A DNA stretch of 64,000 bases from Gordius albopunctatus (GCA_964276515.1 OZ193909.1:1116001-1180000), one strand, 5' to 3'; shown: positions 12,901 through 22,915, counted from the stretch's first letter. Notes: generated by a model from the sequence alone, not told the origin. Numbers and translations are program-made.

Positions 12901-15510
12901 GAGCCATTTTGGGCTAATACTTTTTGAGTTAGGGACGCTCAAATGGCCAAAATCACGCTTGGGCGTGTTTTACAAATTTCACTATTTTCGACATATCTTC
13001 AAAAGTATTGCCGCTAGCTTCGTAAATTTTGCTGTATTTTAATCCTAATAAAATTCTCTATCAGAAAAATGTAACATAAAACCGCAAACTTTTGTGGTTA
13101 GTGTTTTGTGGTCAAATTTGTGGAAAACTAAAAAAACCACCTTCTCTGTTATATATTATCACCAAATTTGCTATGGGGTAAAAGTTGTTGATTGAATTTT
13201 GAGGGCCGGTTAAGTTTTTCTAACCGAACCAATTCGTCCCGTGTCATAACATCGGGACTTTCACCGATTGCCCTATTTCGCGTTCATACCATTTATATCA
13301 CGATCCTCGATCTTTCAAAGGTTATCGCCGTCCTTTGCCTCGGCTTCTATCCCAACGTTTGCGTGCACAAGGACAAGCGGCGCGTTTACACTACCGAAGG
13401 CAAAGACGCCCTAATTCACAAGGCATCCGTCGTATGCAGCAATTTTCTCAGACTGCCTTGCCCCTTCTTTATTTTCGGTGAAAAGGTAAGTTATTTTAAA
13501 TCAAATAGATCCCAACTTAATTTTTTCGCGTGGCTTGCAATAGATAAGAACGAGAGCAGTTGCAACTAAGGACGTTTCCATGATTTCGCCTCTTCACCTT
13601 TTGGCGTTCGGGTCGTGCAAGGTCGTACCTCAAGGTCCTGGCGTGGTTTGTGTCGACAATTGGTAAGTGAAAATTACACATCACCAACGGCGGTAACGCT
13701 AATGTGTCACCCCTCTTTTATCATTAGGATCAACCTCAAGATGGACCCTTCCAGTGTTTTGAAGATTTTCGCTTTGAGGCAGCCGATGGAAAATATCATT
13801 AGCGATATATGCGAGCGCCCCGAGCTTTTGATGGAATTGCTGACTTACCCTACCTCGGTAGGCGATTCCGACCCTAATAAAAGCGAAGATGAATCAAGAC
13901 TTAAAGTTGAGCCTTCTATCAAAGCGGCCGTCATAATTGACGTTTTGTTCGCGCTTTGCGGAGCCGATGCAGGACGATATATGAAACCGTCCGTTTACGA
14001 TACTATTTACGGATTTGGGGAGCAAAAATATGGTGCGAATTTCGGTATCCAGCGTCAGGGTGTGCTTGGCCCTTACGGTAATGAAACAACGGTTACCGAC
14101 TCTACTCAAAATAATGGCGACGATGTCGTCGACAATGATGATTTGGACGAAACAGAATCTTTTTGTTCAAACTATTCCTACCACATCTCTGCCGAGATGC
14201 TTGATAATATTAAACGTGAAGCCTTGTTAGGGCCCGTGAACGATTGCACCTTCGCGCCTACGCATATTAAGAGCCTCCTCTCCCCCGACCTCACTAGTTA
14301 TTTTGTTCCTCAGGGTATGCATCCGAGTCAAACCGCCTTTCTTAACGGTAAAGCGACAAGGAATTTTACCTCGATTAGAGGGAAAAGGAAGAGAGGGAGT
14401 GGCAGAGGCAATCATCGAGGGTTGGGCTATAAATCAGGATCGACTGCGTCTACCTCAGCTAACGATACCGCTACTCAAATTCCTGATTCCGCGATCACGG
14501 ATTCGGATAAACTAACGGCGCATAAGAAAAAGCTGAAACGAGAACGTTACGCTCGCAACAAAAGGTTGCGGGACATGGGCTTAGACCCCGCCACTGTTCA
14601 AATAACCCCGAGAAAAGCTGTTGAATCGGGTCTAAATCGAAGGGGCAACATGAGAGGAGGCTTTAACAACCGTGGGTTTGTCGAAGGAGGTGAGTGCAAA
14701 TGCTCCCACATTTCCGCGCTCGCGTTTATACAAGATAGTTTATTCGAATTATAAAACTCGTCCTCACAAAATCCATCTCTCTCGACCACAGTCATCAATT
14801 TCATGAACTGAGGACGATAGAGATGTATTTATATGAAATTACTGATTCCTTAGCGGTGTCGATCCATCTTGTACATTCGCAAGCGCGTTATCATTCGAAA
14901 TGGTACGTTAACTGTTTTTCTCGTCACGGTTATAAAGAGAGAGATCGACAGTTGGTGCCCCATTCTCTAAAATCCTTTTCACCCCCCCCCCCATCTCTGC
15001 CTGTTTTTTGGTTCACTCGTTTGATATAATCCTTATTACATTTATAATTTTTTAAACTCCTTCCCATATTTTACAGTTGCACATACCCCCTTCAATACAC
15101 TCTCTCAACTCAGCGATACGAACGCACCCTCTGCCTACGATACTCAATACCCGCTTCCTAAGCGAGCCCGTTGCTTCGGCGAGCCGGTACAAGATGTGGA
15201 GAAAAGCGAGGGTCACATTCCTGACGCCCCCGTTCCTTTGCAGACTTTGGATGTTTCTTCTCCAGTTCCTTTGCAGTCGTTAGACGTCTCTTTGCCTTCA
15301 GGGTTCGTGCCCCCTTCCCCTTCTATGGTTTATAGACCGCATATAAGAAACCAGCTGTTTCCCAGACCCGGATTTTCACCCCGCGGTAGGGGTAATTTTC
15401 GGTCGAGGTATTTTCAACCTCGAATGTCTCCGGGCACGAATAGATTTAATCGAGGGGGACCCGCCTTCCAACCCCCTTTTAATCGATTCCAATTTTTGCC
15501 CTTCATGTAA
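3908..15510 (+). CDS. DHX9: ATP-dependent RNA helicase A / DHX9 / maleless, multi-exon
   Basis: Spliced translation gives dsRBD1 ([12 protein letters not shown]...[10 protein letters not shown]) and dsRBD2 ([16 protein letters not shown]...[14 protein letters not shown]). The helicase core shows [35 protein letters not shown] and [10 protein letters not shown]2 (PEIFRTPL...[12 protein letters not shown]), an OB-fold region and an RG-rich tail follow. Introns are GT-AG. Confidence 0.95.
9312..10340 (-). mobile_element. Degenerate hAT transposon remnant in a DHX9 intron
   Basis: The minus strand at ~9530-9690 reads [21 protein letters not shown], a hAT C-terminal dimerisation motif with a stop. 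TTCGAA subterminal repeats at 9312-9360 resemble those at 60080-60225. Boundaries are approximate. Confidence 0.6.
10576..10731. repeat. MITE-like inverted repeat
   Basis: tcaacgggctaactgtttgc (from 10576) is nearly the reverse complement of gcaaacagtttgccggttga (ending 10731), with 2 mismatches in 20. Confidence 0.45.
12795..13150. mobile_element. MITE family with GGGCCATTCCATG terminus (second, interrupted copy at ~27950-29180)
   Basis: Internal blocks are shared between copies (ttttcgaccgacca-ctcagata; tttctgaaaattt-agccattttgggct). The complementary end CATGGAATGGCCC is at 29168-29180. Confidence 0.6.
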
Positions 15511-16269
15511 AGAAGCCCTGAACATTTACTCTTTTCCATATTATTGTATTTTTAAATATTTTCGTTTAACCAGACTGTGATGTCATTTGTATATCCTTAC
15601 GTTACAATATTCCACAAATTTGTAAAGTAGCGATCAGTACGATGTAAACATCAATTTCACCGATTTTATATTTTAGTATCAATATGTATCGAACTGTATA
15701 ATGGTTTGAGTTTACGAATTTAATGATTTGAATAATTTTTTTGATGTTTTATATTAAAGCTAGCAATTACTATAAGAGGGCAGCAAGATTATGCTCATCT
15801 GCCTATGATAGTGATAATATGAAAATATACAATGGACTGAAAATGTGTTGTCAAGTTAGGTTAAAGAAAATGGTGATTATATGTAAGATATTATAATACA
15901 TGAAAATAAATCAGAATGGCGAACCATTTCTTTTATAAAAAAAACCTTTATAAACATGTCATTTACTTATTTGAACTAGCTTGGACCCTAAATTAGCATT
16001 GACAAAAATAATTAATGCCTAGATAATTATTTGAGACAAGAGATCTAGCCCTTTGTAACCATAATCTGGTCCTAAAGAATGTATTGCATGCTCATGAAAT
16101 TATAGAAACCACATTTAAATAAGTGGATACTCCTTATCATTATTCACAAGGAAAAGTAATTAGCACACAAAGACCAATGAGTAGAATTGTTACTAAAATG
16201 GTAACTTAATATTTAGAGGTATAGTATAAATTGCACACATAATTATTCTATATGTTGTAAGACCCCTTT

Positions 16270-18336
16270 TATAAGGATACGTAAACGAACAAAGAATACC
16301 ATCAAAAAGCCTGCTTACTCTTGGGTGCAAGGAAGTTGCAAAGGGACGTAGACGACGATTGGGAGACGCTATCTAAGGACATTAAGGTAACAGCGATTCG
16401 TGTTATAGGACAGACCAAAGGAGGCAAAGCTATGAATAGGGAATTATGGTGGTGGGATCAATCGGTTAAAGATTTCATCGAAAGAAAGAAAAATCTATAT
16501 AGACGGTGGCATAAATGAAAAAAGTCGGAGGATTATCAAGAGTACAGGGACGCAAAGAGGGACGCAAAAAAGGCCGTTGCAAAAGTGAAGAATGCTGCGT
16601 ACACCGAGATGGCAAACAAACTGGATCATAAAGGGGGCGATAGGCTTATGTACAAATTCGCCAAGATAAGGGAGAAGAAAAGTCGAGATGTCGGAGTTCT
16701 TAAAATAGTCAAAAGCGAGAAGGGTCAAACCTTATTCAAGCCGAAGGAAGTGATGGAAAGGTGGAAAGGATATTTTAAGAAACTTATGAATATTGCAAAT
16801 GACAAGGATTCCCTTCCCGAAATTGAGCCAAATATAAGTATGGTCGAACTCTTTCAGAAGGATGAAGTTAGGACACAAATGAACAAGATGCAAAAAGGAA
16901 AAGCAAATGGCCCAGATGGAATACCTATGGAAGTATTGCTCGGATGTCGTGAAGAAGGAGTCACTACAATGACGAAACTCCTTAACAAGATATTGGTAGA
17001 AAAGCGAATCCCTAATCAATGGAGAGCAAGCACGATTATACCCTTATTCAAAGGAAAAGGAGACCCTCAGGACTGCGGCAATTACAGAGGTATCAAGCTA
17101 ACTTGCCACTCCTTGAAGCTTTTGGAAAGGATCTTAGTAACAAGGCTGAAAAACGAGGTGGAAATATCGGCTAATCAATTCGGATTCGTGACCGGCAAAT
17201 CCACAATCGACCCAGTTTTCGCCCTGAGACAAATGATGGATAAGTATGGTGAAAAGAGGAAAGACCTACATATGATTTTTATCGACTTGGAGAAAGCTTA
17301 GGATACGGTCCCCCGCGACTTAATATGGTGGTGCCTGAGGAAACAAAATATCCCTGACGCATATATACGGCTTATGGACGATATTTATGAAGCCTCAAAC
17401 TCGTGCGTTAGGACGACAGATGGAGACTCTAAACCTTTTCGGGTTAATATTGGATTACGTCAAGGCTCTGCTTTAAGTCCCTTTTTATTTAATATAATTA
17501 TAGACACGATAACGAGGGACGTTCAAAAGCCTTCGCCATGGTGTATGCGATATGCCGATGATATAGTACTATGCGAGGAAACAAGGGAGAAAGTATTCGA
17601 AGAAGCCGAAAAATGGTCAAAGCGCTTAGCTGGATATGGTTTAAAGGTCAATGATAGAAAAACGGTATACATGGAAATGAACGGTACAGGCACCCCATCG
17701 CTGGATGACCATCTAAAGTACCCAAAAGTAGACAGGTTCACATACCTCGGCTCGATCCTACATCAAGAGGGAGGCTGCACAACAGAAGTCAATGCCCGGA
17801 TCCAAAAAGGATGGCTTAAATGGCGAAGTATATCTGGTGTTTTGTGTGACAAGAAAATGCCAATATGGTTGAAGAGCAAAGCTTACAAATCCATCGTAAG
17901 ACCGGTGTTACTCTATGGAAGTGAAACATGGGCATTAAACACCACGGAAGGAAAGTTATTACAAGCCACGGAGATGAGAATGATACGGTGGAGCTTGGGG
18001 TATACTAAGCTCGACCATATGACGAATGACTTTCTCATGACAAAAATGGGTATTCAACCTATGGCGGACATGATTAACGAAAATCGGCTTAGGTGGTATG
18101 GGCATATACTAAGAAGGGACCCGGATGACGTAAATCGAAAAGTGCTAGACATGAAAATACCGGGGAAGAGAGGAAGAAGACGACCCCGTGTCACGTGGAA
18201 AAGGCAAGTCGATAAAGTTATGGAAACTAAAGAGATTCGTCAAGACATGGCACTAACCCGGTCAAGATGGAAGAGACTCATCAAAACAAACCCCACCAAT
18301 GTGGAACCAAATAACTGATAAAGAAGAAGAAGAAGA
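16270..18336 (+). mobile_element. 5'-truncated RTE-clade non-LTR retrotransposon with in-frame stops
   Basis: RT motifs KANGPDG, NYRGIKL, QFGF, FIDLEKA*D, GLRQGSALSP, YADD, FTYLGS, LLYGSETW and RLRWYGH. Stops at 16516-16518 and 17299-17301. (GAA)n tail at 18321-18336. Confidence 0.92.
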
Positions 18337-18924
18337 TTATAATTTATATTTTATATTATTTTATTTATTTACGATTTTGTATCTAGTTTGGAAATGTGTT
18401 ATTTATTATGTCCATTAGTGATTATGGGTCCGAATCAAATTTGATTATAATGATTTCTGTCATAAATTTAAATACGTGCAATTTAAAGTATAATGCTGGA
18501 TATAATTGATGATGGTAACAATAGACTTAGTCTATTAAGAAGCTTTAGCCAGGGTTAATAAAGTGTCTCAATTTTCTCAATTATGTAACTAAGTCAACCA
18601 TAAGCGAACGTATTATTAAGTCTATTTATAGTTGACAAAAACAGTGAATTTGATACAAATGTTATAATTTGCTAGAACAATCACATTTAATTTTCTATAC
18701 TTCAAATTTATTTGTAGTCTTTGTTTGCACTTTCTATAGAAAATTTCATCTTTATGAATTAATTCATATCTTTATATTGTCAATGAGATGTCGTGTCCCG
18801 CTAAATCTTTGAAAAGTTTGTGTATTAAAGTTTTTTAAAAATATAAAAATTTGCCATTTGGATTTTTTAACACTTTTTTTAATAAAACAAGAAAAATTTT
18901 TATTAAGTATGTATTTTTTTAAAA

Positions 18925-19020
18925 AGTCGAGACGAGACGAGATCGAGATTTTCATTATCGCTCCCGAGACGAGACGAGATTTTGTTTTCGAGATCGAGAC
19001 GAAACGAGATCGAAACACTA
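18925..19020. repeat. End of a hAT-like MITE with GAGAC/GAGAT subterminal repeats (related ends at ~3165-3220, 23240-23330, 23500-23590)
   Basis: Tandem gagacgagacgagatcgagat units ending in ...cacta. Confidence 0.5.
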
Positions 19021-19087
19021 GTTAATTGTGTGTCAAATTTTCCTCCATTTTGAAGTGCCACTGGTATATTTTAACCATGTAATTTTG

Positions 19088-19708
19088 CCTTCTTCTTCTT
19101 TATCAGTTATTTGGTCTCAGATTGGTGGAGTTTGTTTTGATAAGTTTCTTCCATCTTGACCGGGTGAGTGCCATGCCTTGACTAATCTCTTTAGTTTCCA
19201 TAACTTTATCGACTTGCCCTTTCCACATGACACGGGGTCGTCCTCTTCCTCTCTTCCCCGCCACCTTCATGTCCAGTACTTTTCGATTTACGTCATCCGT
19301 GTCCCTTCTTAGTATATGCCCATACCACCTTAGCCGATTTTCGTTAATCATGTCCGCCATAGGTTGAATACCCATTTTTGTAATGAGAAAGTCATTTATT
19401 TAGTATACCCCAAGGTCCAACGTATCATTCTCATCTCTGTGGCTTGTAAATACTTTTCTTCCGTCGTGTTTAATGCCCATGTCACTTCCATAGAGTAACA
19501 TTTGTCTTAGGATGGATTTGTAAGCTTTGCTCTTCAACCATATTGTCATTTTCTTGTCGCACATTAAACCGGATGTACTTCGCTGAAGGCATCATTTTTG
19601 GATCCGGGCATTAACTTCGGTTGCCCAACTTTCCTCTTGATGTAGCATCGAGCCGAGGTAAGCAAACCTGTTTACTTTTGGGTACTTTGGATGGTCATCC
19701 AGCGATGG
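19088..19708 (-). mobile_element. 3' fragment of the same RTE family, inverted relative to 16270-18336
   Basis: ORF 19103-19375 is nearly identical to the C-terminus of ORF 17374-18318. (TTC)n tail at 19088-19100. Confidence 0.92.
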
Positions 19709-19879
19709 TTAGATTAGAGCACTGCACGGGTGACCCGAAACCCGACCCAACCCCACCCGAGGTAATATTCCTTCGGGTCGTGTCGGGTTTAAAATTTAAA
19801 AAGGCTTTCGGGTTGGGTTCGGGTTGAAAATTTTTATATGCTTTTGGGTCGGATTAGATTAGAGCACTGCACGGGTGAC
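19709..19879. repeat. Truncated hAT-like MITE terminus with a 26-bp direct duplication
   Basis: ttagattagagcactgcacgggtgac occurs at 19709-19734 and 19854-19879. ACCCG/CGGGT subterminal repeats are present, and the terminus resembles TAGAGATCTGCACGGG (reverse complement at ~42458-42473). Confidence 0.55.
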
Positions 19880-20001
19880 TGAGAAGGGGAAGTCCCAAAG
19901 GGATATTCCCCTAACTCTTGTTTTATTTTATCATCCACACATGCATAAAATATATAATATAAATCATGAAAAATTTATGTATGTGATATATCTAATGCGC
20001 G

Positions 20002-20048
20002 AAAAATTTTATGTCTACGAGCGACAGAGGTTCGGACAGAGTGCGAGA
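20002..20048. repeat. 47-bp direct repeat, copy downstream of the RT-RNase H ORF
   Basis: aaaaattttatgtctacgagcgacagaggttcggacagagtgcgaga, identical to 22708-22754. Confidence 0.95.
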
Positions 20049-20120
20049 AACGATAAATATGAGTAAAAAGAGGTTGTGAATTATAGTAAATTTCTTAAGA
20101 AGATTTACGGTATTTAGCGT

Positions 20121-22023
20121 TTAGCAAATGTGTTGTTGTTCTGGGTGACATGAAATGTTTGAGCGCGTCCAGTATACGATTCTACCTAACTGCTCGTCGT
20201 TGAAGAAGCTTTCGCGTGATGGGGCGTCCGCTGGGTTATGGTCCGTGCTGACCCATTCCAGGTTCTGCTTGATACGCAACATGTGATAAAGTACTACAGA
20301 TTTTTGTGAAGGCCAGTTCCAAGTGTGGAGCGTGTGCCGAACCTTTCTTTACGATATAGAATGCTGTCTTGGAGTCCGTAAGGATTTTAGGTGTGATGTG
20401 CGGTGTGGTGACCAGTGCCCAGATGTAGGCTAAAGGGATGGCTACCAGTTCCAGCAGGTTAATAGTAGGGATGAGGCTGTGGCAGCCAAAGATGGCTAAC
20501 GCGTCTCCTTTGGCAATTGAGAGGATGGAACCTCTATAAAAAAGGCCAATGTGAGACGTGGAGGCGTCGCCGGCTGTGAAGCCGTTAGGAGAATGCTTCA
20601 TGGAGAAGGGTGTTGAGAGATGGTTTTGAATGAGGAGGATCTTCCTGATTAACCAAGATTTGCCGAAGTTGATAGGGTCGTTGGCCAGAAAGATGTTATA
20701 GGCCGGGGAGACGAATTTTGACCACCCTGTGAGCATATATATATAATGTGTAAGGATACCTAAGCACGTCTGGGTGACCAAGGGGTGTGGTTTCGTTCCC
20801 GTGTCTATGAAATGGTTGATTATTTGTACCGCGGCATCTATCTTTGAGATGAACTTTGCGTTCACTTTTAGGCTATGGTTTTCAAGGTTCACATGGATTC
20901 CTAAGTAATCCAGGACCGTCTTTGGTTCCAGGGATGATTTGGCTCGGTTTATTGTTAAGTTCCAACATTTGGCCATGTACAGGAACCGTCGAGTATCGGC
21001 TTTAACCAATGTTTCGGAACGACCGAAAATAAGAATATCATCCAAATAAACGTTGTATTTGGATTTTGTTATTGATTTCTTACACAGGTCCAGCATGACT
21101 TGTTGTAACACATATGGAGAGAAACTTGCCCCCATCAGGAGCACCTTGTATGTGTATTTTTGTCTCCTGTAGCGAAAACCGAAGAACTTTGAGGATTCCA
21201 CTGCGAGGGGAATGGAAAAGAAGGCCGATTTCATGTCTATTTTGGTCATGTAAAGCGAATCGGATAATGATGATGCGATCAGAGGGATGGACTTGATTGT
21301 AAAAGGATATTTGATGAAATTCTTGGACACCTGTGAAAGGTCCGCTATGAGTCTGGGTGAGCCATCACTCTTGGGAATAAAATACATTGGGGAAGGGATA
21401 CCCAATGGGTTTCTTCTTACAATATCGCTGAGGATAACTTCATCCACCAGTGGCTTATGTTCTTTGGGGATTGCTTTAACATATCGAGGCAAGTGGTATC
21501 GTCCGTTGTTGGCCACAATTGCTGCTCTTGATATACGGGGCTTGAAACCCCTTTTTGCCACTCTGAGGGTGAATTTTGATTGCATATAGTGGGGTTTAAG
21601 TAAGGATGTTCGAATAGATAGAGGATGAATAAAATTGGTGAAGGATGATAGGGGATGGGAGGGGAATGAGGGGATATTGGACGGTTCGCTGATGATAGGT
21701 GGGTTGTCGCTATCCAAACCCACCTCCGTCCATTGATTTTGGAGGTGTCCCGGCACACTTGTATGTTCGGGTATCGGCGCGTTGGTAGGATGAATCGGCT
21801 CCTCCAACTCCGGGCCATCGTCGGGAGAGATGGAATTAATAGCGATGCTTCTGGCAATGGCGGTGTAGTTGTTAAGCCATGTCGGAACAGTACCATCCCT
21901 CACCGACCTCGGCGGGTTTACACCACAGCCGAGGGTCGCCGATACCTTCCTTACATGACTACGTTCTCTCCGTCCGAGACGGAGCCGGCCCTTTTTGGTA
22001 AGCGCCTTTCTTCCTTGGACCAT
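20121..22023 (-). CDS. Reverse transcriptase-RNase H with one frameshift near the C-terminus
   Basis: RT: YFIPKSDGSPRLIADLSQ, KIDMKSAFFSIPL, VLLMGASFSP, YLDD, INRAKS, YLG. RNase H: GDAS, INLLELVA, TDS. The final acidic motif WVSTDHNPADAPSR lies in another frame that ends at TAA 20121-20123. Confidence 0.88.
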
Positions 22024-22681
22024 TGTATTTAGGAGGCGGGCGAAAAAGCTGCACGGGCTCGGTGTACTGCCCCATGCCCATCTTCTCTGCCCAGTCCTTA
22101 GATTTGCCCGTCACCGCCTGCCACCCATAGTATGAGGCCATTGCGATTGTGCGGACTCGATCCGATAGTTTATCGATCGTTTTGTCATAGTCGTTAATGG
22201 ATTCTCCCATGCTGAGGAGGAACTCGGCCTCGTGTTTTTGGTGTGCTGGCATCGAATAGTTCGTTTCGATGGCTTCCTTGAGTCCCTTGAGGCGGAGTTT
22301 CAGAATTTCTCCGCTGGAACTCGGGACGTTCGTTGCACGACCCCTTTCTGTCGCTAGTAGCGCCTCAAGTTCGGCCCTAGTCATTGTGACCGACTCCGGG
22401 GGTAGGGCCGGGGCCCAATGTGGCCGATCGTCCACATTGATCGTTTCTCCACTACCACTCATTAGCCTGTTGTCAATTTTCGCGTCCATCTCGGCTAGCC
22501 TACTCAGGATCAGCTTAATAGCCGGATCCGAGACTGTGGCGCTACCTTCCGGGTTAGCGATCATCGAGTTTTTGTTAGGGGAGGCCATGATGGTGGTATC
22601 GTTGAGTTGTGTAGTCGACTTCGAGAAGAACTTACTAAGAGGAATGTCGTCAACACTTTTCGAGGGGGCTTTCCTTGGCAT
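21959..22681 (-). CDS. ORF1, putative Gag/capsid-like protein (240 aa)
   Basis: Lies upstream of and overlaps the RT ORF by 65 nt. It has helical/coiled-coil segments, a IAMASYYGWQAV motif reminiscent of DIRS-group Gag GW motifs, and a basic Pro-rich C-terminus. Confidence 0.65.
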   Translation of the reverse strand: MPRKAPSKSVDDIPLSKFFSKSTTQLNDTTIMASPNKNSMIANPEGSATVSDPAIKLILSRLAEMDAKIDNRLMSGSGETINVDDRPHWAPALPPESVTMTRAELEALLATERGRATNVPSSSGEILKLRLKGLKEAIETNYSMPAHQKHEAEFLLSMGESINDYDKTIDKLSDRVRTIAMASYYGWQAVTGKSKDWAEKMGMGQYTEPVQLFRPPPKYNGPRKKGAYQKGPAPSRTERT

Positions 22682-22707
22682 ATACTGATTCGGGAAAAAA
22701 GGTGGGT

Positions 22708-22754
22708 AAAAATTTTATGTCTACGAGCGACAGAGGTTCGGACAGAGTGCGAGA
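22708..22754. repeat. 47-bp direct repeat, copy at the 5' end of the element
   Basis: Identical to 20002-20048. Lies 26 nt upstream of the ORF1 ATG. Confidence 0.95.
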
Positions 22755-22915
22755 CTTGGAGGTAAGGTGAATAGAGGAAGAGGACGACCTTGTATCACGT
22801 GGAAAGGGGAAGTTGACAAAGTTATGAAACCAAAAGAGATTAAGACATGACCCTTGCCACGTCAAATGGAAGAAACTCATCAAACCAAACCCCACGGACC
22901 AAATACTTGATAAAG
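22753..22915 (+). mobile_element. Short degenerate RTE 3' fragment
   Basis: agaggaagaggacgacc...cacgtggaaa...caaatggaagaaactcatcaaa...ccccac...tgataaaga matches 18150-18325. Confidence 0.8.

Larger units (their letters stand above)
19881..22754 (-). mobile_element. Compact DIRS-like / hepadnavirus-like (HEART-type) retroelement with no tyrosine recombinase or integrase
   Basis: Two overlapping ORFs (Gag-like and RT-RNase H), an exact 47-bp direct repeat, a terminal hairpin, and higher GC than the flanks. Confidence 0.8.

Noticed and set aside
15510..19708. Functional link between DHX9 (a dsRNA helicase) and the neighbouring inverted retroelements
   Set aside because: Only proximity supports it, and TE density is high throughout the window.
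21417..21896. 159-aa same-strand ORF overlapping the pol spacer, positioned like the hepadnaviral preS/S gene
   Set aside because: It has no convincing transmembrane helices and ends at the start of the RT core. An ORF this long can arise by chance in a GC-richer region. Conservation across copies would be needed.
22269..22688. Plus-strand ORFs antisense to the retroelement, and similar antisense ORFs over DHX9, DLG5 and the LINEs
   Set aside because: These are shadow frames of GC-richer coding sequence with no recognisable motifs.
20002..22754. Reading the unit as an LTR retrotransposon or a canonical DIRS/Ngaro element
   Set aside because: The repeats are only 47 bp without TG...CA ends. 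No protease, integrase or YR, and no inverted termini or B1/B2 repeats, were seen.
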